Source: the human T2T-CHM13v2.0 reference genome, Homo sapiens
Assembly: GCF_009914755.1 (NCBI RefSeq)
Contig: NC_060925.1
Strand: one strand, 5' to 3'
Length of the DNA stretch: 64,000 bases
Part shown: piece after piece, positions 1 through 47,291 of the stretch
How positions within the stretch are numbered: position 1 is the stretch's first letter
Layout of the letters: each line of letters opens with the position of its first letter
Translations under genes and position numbers: made by a program
Notes under the pieces: generated by a model
What the model was told of the DNA's origin: nothing
Database searches by the model: none
What the model saw: the letters and a program-made list of their open reading frames with translations, nothing else

Positions 1-256
1 GAGGCAGAGGTTGCAGTGAGCCAACATTGTGCCACTGCACTCCAGCCTGGGCAACAGAGCAAGACTCTGTCTCAAAAATAATAATAATACGACTTTTTGT
101 AAAGATCAAATAGAATTTACCTGGCACATAGAGTTGTTCAGTAAATGTTAGTTGCCCTCCCTTTCTTCCCCAGCTCAGGATGCTGACAGTCAAATGGAAA
201 AAACAGGGAAGCCCAGCTCTCCATTTGACTGATTATGACATAAACCACAAAGACTG

Positions 257-555
257 GGCCGGGCACACCTGTATTCTCAGCACTTTGGGAAACCAAGGCG
301 GGATGATCACTTGAGCCCAGGAATTCAAGACCAGCCTGGAAAATATAGTGAGACCATGTCTCCACCACCCCCAAAAGATTAAAAAATTAGCGGAGCATGG
401 TGGTGCATGCCTGTAGTTCCGGCTACTTGGGGGACTGAGGTGGGAGGATTGCTTGAGCCGGAGGTGGAAGTTGCAGTGAGCTGATATCATGCCACCGCAC
501 TCCATCCTAGGTAACAGAGCAAGACCCAGTCTCAAAATAAATAAATAAAATAAAC
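257..555 (+). mobile_element. Alu (AluJ-like); another Alu 3' end lies at 1-90
   Basis: Dimeric Alu consensus with A-tail. Confidence 0.9.
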
Positions 556-692
556 ACAGGTACTGAATGACTAGGAAACAGGAAAGTGTAAGTAAAAAGG
601 AGGGCTAAGTAACTCCAGGTAGAATGAGTGTGTGCTTTGCCAGTTCTAAAACAGTATAATTTCTGCTATTTTTCTTTCTATTGGACAAATAG

Positions 693-3223
<2,531 letters not shown>

Positions 3224-3621
3224 TCCAGAAGAAGCATCTTCCTCAGAAGATCTGGGGGGATGGAAAGCAAAATAAAGGAGGTGCCTGGATGCATTATTTG
3301 CAGTGGGATAAGTCGCAGAGTCTTCAACTAAACCCCCCTCTCTATCCCCTGCAGCCCAGGATACACCTGAAAGAATTTGGCATATTTAGATCCATTGCTG
3401 TAGTCTCCCCTCATCAAATCTTGGCAGTGGGAAGAACCTTAAATCAACAAGGTTAATCATCTATCAGATGCATCTGTTCCCATAAAGAAGTTACCCACAC
3501 CTATGGTTACCTATATCCCTGGCAATAGGAAACTTCCTAAGAAGTTAATTTTATTTTCAGATGTCTATGCCTGTTCTTTATTTTGTTGAGATAGGTGATA
3601 GATAGATAGATAGATAGATAA

Positions 3622-3842
3622 TTTGTTGTTGTTGAGACAGGATCTCACTCTGTCACTCAGGCTGGGGTGTAATAGCGCAATCACAGCTCCCTACAGCCTT
3701 GACCTCCTGAGCTCAAGCAGTCCTTCCACCTCAGCCTCTGGAGTAGCTGGGACTACAGGCATGCACCACACATACCCAGCTATTTTTTATTTATTTATTT
3801 ATTTTTTTGTAGAGACAGGGCCTCCCTGTGTTGCCCAGGCTG
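3622..3842 (-). mobile_element. Partial Alu (AluJ-like), with (GATA)n repeat at 3597-3620
   Basis: Reverse Alu consensus. Confidence 0.8.
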
Positions 3843-4569
3843 ATGAGCTGTAATTTTTAACACACACAGTGTAGGGAATGTGAAAGACTATCACAGAGTA
3901 GAAGAAAAAATTATTTTCAGGGTTAGCAGGTGGATTGTCCCAAGCAGTCACACTAGAATCTGTGGACTGAAGCCACATTTGCCAGCTCCAGGCTTCTAAC
4001 ACATCTGAAACTGTGTATGTAGAACAGCTAGCTCAATGCCTGGCATATGGTAAGCACACAGTAAATTAGCGCCTTCCTCTTCTCCATGGTTCCTTAAAAC
4101 TGGCAACGCTAAATTCTCTCTCTCAGTATCACGGATATAATTTGTCCCAGCAGCTTTAATTCATTTAAAGCAGTTAGATGTTTTATAATATCTTCAGTTT
4201 TCTCTCACCAATGTGTTTTCTAATTGTTTAAACACTTGAGTGTCAAACAATTGCCAGCCACCATACTAAACACAACATACAAGGATAGATAAATAAGACA
4301 CCATCTCTGCCCTCAAGCCAGTCACCATCATTTACTAAGCACCTGTTTTGTGCTAAGTACTGGGGTAAGCCTTGGGGATATAAAGATTAATAAATTTTGA
4401 GCATACAGTCTAGTAGGAGGAGACAAATAAGTACATAAGTACCAGGAAGTATTAGGGGTGCTACAGTAGAAGAGTAAACACTATGTACAGAGAGGCCAGA
4501 AAGGGAAAAGGGTCAGGCAGGGAAGGGAACACAGAGAGTGACAATGTATAGTTTGAAAGATGAGGATGC

Positions 4570-5420
4570 TTTATTTGCAAACTATCTTAACAAGGGATTC
4601 GTAACCAGAATATATAAGGAGCTCAAACAATAGCAAAAAGAACAATCCAACTTAAAAATGGCCAAAAGATCTTAATAGGTAGTTTTCGAAAGAAGATACA
4701 CAAATGGCCGACAGATACATCAAAAAATGTTCAACATCACTAATCAGAGAAATGGAAATCAAAATCAATGAGATAACATCTCACCCCAATTCATTACTTT
4801 TATCAAGAAGAAAGAATGAATGCTAGTGAGGATGTGGAAAAAGGAGAGCCCTGCCTGGTACACTGTTGGGAATGTAAATTGGTACAGCCACTGTGGAAGA
4901 CTACAGAGGTTCCTCAAAAAACTAAAAACAGAACTATGCTCCAGCAGTTCCACTACTGGGTATATATATATCTCCAAAAGGAAAGAAATCAATGTATCAA
5001 AAAGATACCTGCACTCCCATGTTTATTGCAGCAGTATTCACGATAGCCAAAACATGGAATCAACCTAAGTGCCCATCAATAGATGAAAGGCTAAAGAAAA
5101 TGTATTATTCAGCCATAAGAATGAATGAAATCCTGTCATTGGCAGCAACATGGATGGAATTGGAGGTCATTATGTTAAGTAAAATAAACCAAGCACAGAA
5201 ACAAATATTGCATGTTCTGTCTCACATAGGAGCTAAAAAAGTGGATCTCAAGAAAATAAAGAATAGATTGGTAGTTACCAGAGGCTAGGAAGGATGGGGA
5301 GGATGAAGAGAGGTTGATTAGTGGGCACAGATAATACAGTTTGAAGAAGTAAGACTGGTGTTGGATAGATCAGGGTGGCATAGTTATTAATTTACTGTAC
5401 ATTTCAAAACAGCTAGAAGA
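4570..5420 (+). mobile_element. Old L1 3' fragment (ORF2 C-terminus plus 3'UTR)
   Basis: Degenerate ORF2 motifs CWECKLVQPLWKT, KDTCTPMFIAAVFTIAKTWNQPKCPS, ATWMELE. Confidence 0.85.
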
Positions 5421-5429
5421 TAATTTTGA

Positions 5430-5860
<431 letters not shown>

Positions 5861-6443
5861 TCACTCTGGCAGCACTGTAGAGAATGAACTGGTAGGGGCA
5901 AGACTATTTGGAGACTTGCAATAATATTTCAGGCAAAATACGAGGAAGGCTTAAACTAGGGCAATGAATGAAGGCTGGAGAGAACATGGGTTTGAGGAAG
6001 TTTAAGGAGATAGCATCTGCATACTTGGTTGCCATTTGAGTGAAGTGAAAGGAGAAGTGGTATCGAAAATGTTATTTGGTGTGTTTCGCTTGGAGATAAT
6101 TAATTCGAAGTGATGCCTGCTGTAACAGGTGTGCATAGTGCTGTAGAGGATGCTTACAGTTCAGCTTAGGGCTGGTTGGAAGTAACATGTGGGTCCTGAA
6201 GTCATTCGGTCTGGGGGTCATTGTCCTAAACAGAGAAGATAGGAAGGAATAGGAGCTGAGCATTTAGAGGTATTCTTCTTTGTGGTTTAATATTATACCC
6301 ATGGGTCATCCTCAAAAGATGTGCCCTTATTTCCCCGGGGACTTTCGGAAACCCGGCTACGACCCCGCGGAACGTTCCGAGGGGAAGCTTCTCTAGGCCA
6401 CCAGAGGGCGCCAGGCGGGCCGCAGCGACTCCAGAGTCGCGTT

Positions 6444-9282
<2,839 letters not shown>

Positions 9283-10248
9283 AGTGTAAAATCCCCTCCC
9301 TAGCCCATCTCCATGACACTCACAGAACATTCACAACCTTTATTATGGGTGAGAGCTTCACTACAACTTTAGAAATAAAAAGTAAAATTACAACATAGGT
9401 CCTAGGCCTTGGCGAGCCTGAAAAAGAAGATTGGGAAGGAGGGCACAGGGTCCTTCCACCTCCCTGGAAAGGTGCAGAATGAGCCAGGCCTAACTACAGG
9501 GCCATGAGCCTCTAGAAGCTTAGGGGGGAATAAGAAACACTGTGAACTTAGATATATAAATAGAGAGAGACCCAAGCAATAGGCCGGGCCTGACTCCCAG
9601 ACCCCTGCAGATCATGGCTAAGGCCTTACATCCTCCTCTGTCATACTGGAGTAGGAGGCAGGGGAAGTCATCTTTGGAGTATTTTGGTTTTTCTTATTTA
9701 TGTACAAAAAAGTCCACATCCACAATCCAAAATAAAGTTCTCTGTCCATCTCTGAAACTGCCTGTCTCAGTTTTTCCACCTGTCTGTTTGGCCGAAGGGA
9801 ATGGAATAGACATGAAGAGACAATGGATGTGAAGAAGAAATAGAGCCATGGGTTTGGGTAATAAGAAGAGAGAGCATTTGGGGTTCAAGAGAGGTGCCCC
9901 TTCCCCAAGAGGCTCTAGACATAGTCAAGGCTGAGGGTTCAGCCCTTCTCCTAGCTCACATACCATCCCATTTGCCTCCCACTGCCTAGGTTAACATACC
10001 CAAAGGAATGTGCCACCATCTAAAGAACATTTCCAGAAACAGACCCCAGTGTCCTTAAAAAGAGGTTAAATATTAACCCTTTGGGTGCTGGCCTTGTCAG
10101 GCAGAGATGAGGCCAAAAGTAGGCATCTGTGAAGGTCTGTCTGGCCCTTGGCCAGAGCCCCCAGAGGGATCAGAGTAGCTGGGGTTGGGACTCCACAGCA
10201 TACTTGCTCAGTGTTGGGGGACAGCGAAGTTTCCATAATCCAGGGAAC

Positions 10249-19800
<9,552 letters not shown>

Positions 19801-21224
19801 CTTGAGACATCGCAGGCGCCCCAGCCGGAGCCGGAGCTCAGGCCCAGGGACCGGCGCACAACTCTCCACCCTGGCGCCGGCCGCAAATGCCGCCTGCTCC
19901 GCCCAGTCCGGCCCCCTATACCTCCCCTTCCCGGCCCCGCCCGCCTGGCTTCGGACAAGCCCCAGCCTGAGCCCCTCCCTCCACAGCCGACCCAGCAGCT
20001 ACACGTCTGCGGCCGGTTGGCAGGACGCGTAGCCCCGGAGGGAGTGTATGGCCCCCAAGATCGCGGGGTCCCTAGGGCAACGGGGAGGAGGCGGGCCCGA
20101 AGTGCCTGGTGGAGGGGGGCTTTGCCACGGCAGAGTTGGGAGGGGACAAGCTTTTAGGGAGCCAAAGATACTTGAAAGATGGAGGGAAAGTATCGGGAAC
20201 TGCTAGAGCTCAGAGAAATGGGGGAGGGGGTAGCGAAGTTGGAGCGCAAACCCTCATCTCCATCTCTGCATAAGTTTAATCAACTAAAATCGAGAGGTCT
20301 TCCAACTCGGGAAATGGGCGAGCGCTGATCCGTCTTAGGGAAGCCGTGGAGTCGGCATTCAGTAATTCACCCTCTCCTCCTCCCCCATACACCAACTACA
20401 GTGCAGCTCGTGGTCCGATCGTAGGACTCAAACTCGGCAGCAAAAAAAAGTTTGGTGCGGGGAGCGGGACTTACCAGCACAATTGTGGGAAATGGAGAGA
20501 GGGCTCGGGAGGCTCAGAGGGCGAGCTGGAGAGGTGGGGGAATGGGGCTCGGCGCTGCTCCTGCTGTCCGCACGGCAGAAGTTCGGTCCAGCAGCCGGAC
20601 GCGGCGGCCGCGGCTCCGCCCGGGCCGGAGCTCCGCCCGGCCTAGCGCTCGGGCTGGGGCCGCCCCCTCCAGGGGAAGCCCGCCAGGACCGCCAAGAGGG
20701 AAGGGGGGCGGAGCTCGGGCGAGAGAGGGAGGGACTCAGAGCTCGACGTTGGAGAGATTAACTCCTGGTGTGAGTGGATCTGGAGAGACGAGATCCTTGG
20801 ATCCCATCATTCTCACTACCTCTGTGACCCCTCAACGCTTACGTATGGGATTGGGGTGGTGGCACACTGCTGCTAAGCCGGTGTGAACCAGGTATCTGAC
20901 AGTATAAAGCAGTCTTCCTTGAAATGACAACTGTCCCTCCCTAGGGCAAAGCCTGGGGTACTGAATCCAAAGTGTACCTAACAGTAACTACCCTAGATAC
21001 ACGTGCAGAATACCTCCACCAGAGCCCCCATACCTTTGGTGTAGCTGAAGATGAACAGAGGGGTTTTCTTACCCACAAAAGGGATCTTTCTGTCCCTCTC
21101 TGAACTGCCTACCCACTCTCCTTCCTCCAAAGCCTTGGACCCTCCAGAGGCCCCATCCCAACCAAGCTGATCACTCACATGCAGGCACCAAATTAAATCT
21201 GTTTCTGTATCCATGGAAATACCT

Positions 21225-21530
21225 ATTTTTTTATTTTTTTGGGGGGGGACCAAGTCTCACTCTGTCACCCAGGCTGGAGTGCAGTGGCGCGACTTGGCTC
21301 ACTGCAACCTCCGCCCCCCGGGTTCAAGCAATTCTCCTACCTCAGCCTCCCGAATAGCTGAGATTACAGGCCTGCGTCACCACGCCCGGCTAATTTTGTA
21401 TTTTTAGTGGAGACAGGGTTTCACCATATTGGCCAGGCTGGTCTCAAACTCCTGACCTCGTGATGCGCCCGCCTCACCTTGGCCTCCCAAAGTGCTGGGA
21501 TTACAGGCGTGAGCCGCCGCGCCTGACCCA
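21225..21530 (-). mobile_element. Alu
   Basis: Reverse Alu consensus. Confidence 0.9.
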
Positions 21531-22079
21531 GAAAATACCAACTTAAGGGAAATGTACCCGCACTACATACTGAGAAACTCACAGCATTTTATAGTTGGCT
21601 GCATATTTGTTCAATAAATATTTGAGTGCTTATCAGGGATCATTAGGTGCTGAGGACATAAAAGCCTTGCAGGAGTTCACAGTCTAGCAGCAGAGACAAG
21701 ACATGTTAAACCTATAATCAGCACACCAAAAAAGGGCTTTAATAAATAGGAAAAATCCTTTTATTTAGCTTAAGCCTTCAGTATAATCCTCCTCATAAGA
21801 CCCTACCCAGGCCAAAGATTGAAGGTGCCAGTTGAACTGGAACTAGGCCCAGTTACTTTGTGGTTTTTGTCCCTAGGGAAGATGCCACCCTCTCCTAACA
21901 CTCAGGTTCTTTCCTTGCTGCTTTGCTACCCAAATTGGTGAGCGCTTCAAGCTAAACTCAGACTCAACTAGTTCTAAATTCCAGCTGCTCCCTTCCAACA
22001 CCTGAGTCTTCATCAGGTCCTGAGATCTTTTTTGCTGTTGTTCTGTTCAGTCCTCTAGATCAAAAGTTACTATAGTTTG

Positions 22080-22313
22080 TATTTCTAAGAATTTTCAGTA
22101 GTTGCAGGATGAGGAAGGTAGGGAGGATTATTAAAAAGAGACAAAGCGGGGATCTTTCGGAAGTGATGGATATGTTCATTATCTCGATTGTGTAATGGTT
22201 TTATGGGTGTATATGCATATGAAAACACATCAAATTGTATACTTCAAATACATGCATTTTACATGGAGAGACATATTGACGTATATCAGTTGTACGTCAA
22301 TAAAGCTGTAAAT
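22080..22313 (+). mobile_element. L1M 3' end fragment
   Basis: GTGATGGATATGTTCATTATCTCGATTGTG...CAATAAAGCTG is typical of L1M 3'UTR ends. Confidence 0.65.
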
Positions 22314-23685
<1,372 letters not shown>

Positions 23686-25438
23686 TTAATTTGAGGTTAT
23701 AAGTTCTAGCATCCCTACAGGATGACGGAACCGGGGAACCTGAATCTTATCCTGCATGCAAGCTCCAAAAGGATAAGAAGGTTTTCTGTGCTGCCTCTAC
23801 TCTATTCCCAGTGCCTGACAAATAGTAGACTCCTTAAATATCTGTTTAATAAATTAATGTTACCAAAGGAGGGAAACTGTGAATCAGAAGCAAAGTTCCA
23901 GATTGAAGGCATTCAAAAACATAGTCTGAACCTGATCATGGCCCATCGGGTTTCACCTACTTTCACCCACATACTCCTACATCTCAAGCCTGGGGAATGG
24001 GGTGGGGAGATGAAGCAGGAATCATAAGTCCCTGCTAAGTCCCATTAGAGAGCCCAGGAGGAATAAAGGGAACATTAGGATTATAGCTACTTTGGGGAAA
24101 AAAATTTATGAACTCAAGAAAAATTTTAAGACTGGGGCTGTTGAGGTAAGTTTGTGGAGTTTTAGGGAGGGAGACTGGGAAAACCAGGGGCTAAGGAAGT
24201 TTCTACTCCTGTGTTAACATTAACATCACTCACCACTCCCATAGCTCAGCCCATCCTGGAATCAGTTTCCAGGAGCCCCGGAGGGAGCCAAAGTCCTGGC
24301 TTCCATTACCAAAGCTGCTTCCTGACTCATTCTTGAGTTTAGCCCAATGATCTCCCCCTTTCTGGACCCTTCTCTCTACAGTTTCTTCATTCTCCCCACC
24401 CCACACGTCATATATAACAAGAAATGTAATAGTCCTTTAATATACATTGGTAATTGAGAGCAGGAAGGCAAGGAGAGGTTCTGTTCCCCTTGATAGAAAT
24501 GACTCAGACCCTTTTGATGATCTTTCTTCAATAGCTGCACCTCTTCCCCCTTTCTCCATCAATCCCTCCTTTTTCCATTTTCCTGGCCATAAAGCAGTCC
24601 CGTGCCCATCCACGTAAAACCTCTGCACCTTCTCTAGGATCTGATCCAGATATCTCAGATGCTCTTTTTCACTCTTGGCCAAACTCTGGAGCTGGCCTCT
24701 GCAGCCCTTGTGTAGCCCCCTGTCTTCCATGGCAGCCCCTCCCCACTCTTTTTTCTCAACCCAGCCTCTTTACTGCCAAAACTGCTGCTGTCTGACCCAG
24801 TGTAACCAAGCAGAGGGTGGACTGAGAGAAGGAATGGGGAGGGATCAGCGTGCGGGCCACCAAACTGCAATTCCAGATTTTAGAGGAATTCACTGCCTCA
24901 TTTTCACCTAACAGCATGCCTGGTGGAAGGGCAGGCAGAGGAGGAGACCCAGGGGAAGTGGCCAAGAGAGATACATTTTTTTTTTCAGTCTGAGAATGGA
25001 ATCACAGGCAAAAATGAAACTTGGGTATCCCTTCATCCTCTACCCAGGAATCAGACTTTTCATCCCTTTTGTCACCTGGGACAAAGAACAGTGAGACCAT
25101 GTGTGTCAAATATAGACACATTGTTTAACACTTGATAAAATACTTTAGAAAGTATATCCTGAAGAAAATCCAAGTCTCTCAATCTCCCCTTAAAAAAAAA
25201 AAAAAAAATCATGGATTCAACAGTCCCAAGGCAGAGAAAAAAGATTAGAGCTGTGACAGATTTGAGAAAGTGGAAAGGAAGAGTGTCAAACCCCATTTTC
25301 ACTGAGGGCTATTTTTCAAACCGTGGGTCTTGACCCATTAGTGGATGCATTTTGATGGAGTATATTAGCAAAGAATAGAAGAGAAATAGTAAAGTATTAT
25401 TCGAGCTATGTATACACAAGATACAAAATGTATTTCTT

Positions 25439-26111
<673 letters not shown>

Positions 26112-27060
26112 GTGCCAAAGCTTGGAAACAATCAAGATGTCCTTCAGTAGGTGAACGGATAAATAAATTGTGACACATTCAGACAATGGAATATTATTCG
26201 GTACTAAAAATAAGTGAGTTATCAAGCCATGGAAAGACATGGAGGAAATTTAAATGTATATTACTAACTCAAAGAAACCAGTCTGAAAAGGATACATACT
26301 GTATAATTCCAACTAAGCACAACTGGGGATGGGAGAAAGATCAGTGGTTGCCAGGGGTTAGCAGGGATGGGGAGATGAGCAGACAGAGCAAAGAGGATTC
26401 TTAGGGCAGCGAAACCACTGTGTATGATAATATAGAGATGGCCAGGCACAGTGGCTCATGCCTGTAATCCCCAGCACTTTGGGAAGCTGGGGCAGGTGGA
26501 TCGCTTGAGCCCAGGAGTTTGAGACCAGCCTGGGCAACATGGCAAAACTTGGTCTCTATTTATTTATACAGTCTCTGTATATTTATACAGAAAAATCAGC
26601 CAGTTGTGGTGGTGCTCGCCTGTAGCCCCAGCTACTTGGGAGGCTGAGTTGGAGGATTACTGGAGCCCAGGAAGTTGAGGCTGCAGTGAGTTATGATCAT
26701 GCCACTGCACTCCAGCCTGGGCAGCAGAGTAAGACCCTGCCTCAAAACAAACAAACAAACAAACAAAAACAAAAAAAAGATAACATAATGATGGATATAT
26801 GTCAATATAAATGTGTCCAAACCAACAGACTCTCTAACACCAAGAGTGAACCCTAATGTATACTATGAACTCGGAATGATAATAATGTGTCAATGTAGGT
26901 TCATCAATTATAACAAATAAACTACTCTGGTGAGGATATTGATAATTGGGGAGGCAGTGCCTGCATGGGGGCAGAGAATATATGAAAATCTCTGTACCTT
27001 CTGCTTAATTTTGTTGTGAACCTAAAACTGCTTTAAAAATAAAGTCTATTTGCAAAATAA
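26112..27060 (+). mobile_element. L1M 3' fragment interrupted by an Alu (about 26440-26780)
   Basis: ACAATGGAATATTATTC, CAGTGGTTGCCAGGGG, GAACCTAAAACTGCTTTAAAAATAAAGTC. Confidence 0.75.
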
Positions 27061-27073
27061 AAAACAAAATCTA

Positions 27074-27238
<165 letters not shown>

Positions 27239-27361
27239 CTACTTGTAAAAAAATGTTTTTAAGAATAAAGACATACTGTTAATATTTGTTTCCAGAAAAA
27301 AAGAAAAGAATAAAGGGATGAAAGATATTCCTTTCCCCACTCCCCTTTAGAAAAAAAAAAA

Positions 27362-27578
27362 TTACACTCAGCCCCGTCCTGCCTCATGCTTTATTTTCCA
27401 TAGAGCTTGTTTCCATCCATACCTCCTCTGGTCTCATCCATGCTGATTCCAGGGTCCAGGTTCTCAGGTCTGAGGTCCATAATGTCAGGTGAAGCCCTGC
27501 CCATACCATTGCCTAGTGGCCAACACCCCCGCCCACCACAGCCTGATGAAGCCTCTGTCAACCAGGGTTTCTTATTCC
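27362..27578 (-). other. ANKRD35: ANKRD35 terminal non-coding 3'UTR exon
   Basis: Donor GTGAGT after 28100; acceptor TTTCTTCTTTCAG before 27578; minus-strand AATAAA at 27390-27395; 3' end approximate. Confidence 0.75.
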
Positions 27579-28142
27579 CTGAAAGAAGAAATTCAAAGAT
27601 GAAATGCACCCACTTCCATATCCTCAGTCTCCTCCCACTCATATCAACATGCTAAAAGGGACCCTCATCTATCTGGACTGGAGAAGGGGACTATCTGCAT
27701 TGGGGTGGGGGGAGGTTTGGGGGATGACTGCTCTTTGAATGAATGGTATCAAAGTGAAGAGATTCTGGATTTTGTAGAGTCCTGCCCTAAGGAACAACTG
27801 TCTACCACTATCCTACCATCACTCATCTTTCACTGGCATCTCCCTACCCCAGACCCAACCCCTCTTTTCAGTCTCCATCTCATAAGTCAGCCCCCTTAGT
27901 CCACCTGCTCACTGATTCCTGACTCCACCCAGTGATTCTCCATGTTCTGTCTTCTCAGTCACCTCAAATGCTCTATGCCCCAAAAGGCTCCCCATTGTCA
28001 GCCACCACGGGGGCAAAAGGGACTAATTTCATTCCATACACCTTTCCCAAGCCCTTTCTCCCAAACTCCTTCCCTCATCACCCTTAACCCACAACTCACA
28101 ACAGAGAATCTCGTATCCCTGAGGGCACACAGTGAGGCTGCC

Positions 28143-46559
<18,417 letters not shown>

Positions 46560-46578
<19 letters not shown>

Positions 46579-47090
46579 GGCCGGGGTCGGGGCCACGGGG
46601 GATGGGGACGCGCAGAGAGCCGGGCCACAGGTTCCCGAACCCACCGGACTTGGCTGCGGCTGTGCAAGAGACAGCTGTCAAAAAGCAGAGCGGGCCCCGC
46701 CCCACGATCCGCCTCAGAACCCGCCCTGCTCAATCAGAGGCAAGAACCCAAGGGCTGGGCTCAAAACTCCGCCCCTGGCCCTGCCCTACCCCATCCCTGC
46801 AGAGGAGAAAAGCCCGCAGTCTTAGGCTGCGACGGGGGCTTGGCCTCGAACCTCGCCCTTCAAATCTGAACCCACCCTGGGATCCGACCTGCTCAATCAG
46901 GAAAGGAACCGGGTGGGCTCCAGCTGAGACTCCTCCCGGACCCGGACCCGCCCCACCCTCAGTTCCAGGCGGGGCCTCCGCCCCAAGCCCCGCCTCAGCC
47001 CCGCCCCTCGGAGAGCGGCAGCCAGAGGCAAGAGGGTCCCGGCTTCTACCAGGGGCTTCGGTCTCACGGACTGTCGCATTTGCATTTAAT
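46560..47090 (-). promoter_or_regulatory. ANKRD35 CpG-rich promoter
   Basis: Multiple CCCCGCCC GC boxes upstream of the ATG at 46578; octamer ATTTGCAT at 47078-47085. Confidence 0.75.
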
Positions 47091-47291
47091 CACTGGTAAA
47101 GTTACCTCTGCCCCCGCCAACTCCCCCCGCCTCTCCCCCGCCACTATTCCCCGGCCAAAAACCCAAGCAAAAAAGAGCATTTGAAGAGAGCAGTTCGGAA
47201 ATAGGAGATTGTAGTGTTAAGCAGAGCAGAGATAATGCGCGGCCCACGGTAACCTGGGGGACAAAACCTAAGGAAAGGTGATCAGGTTCAA

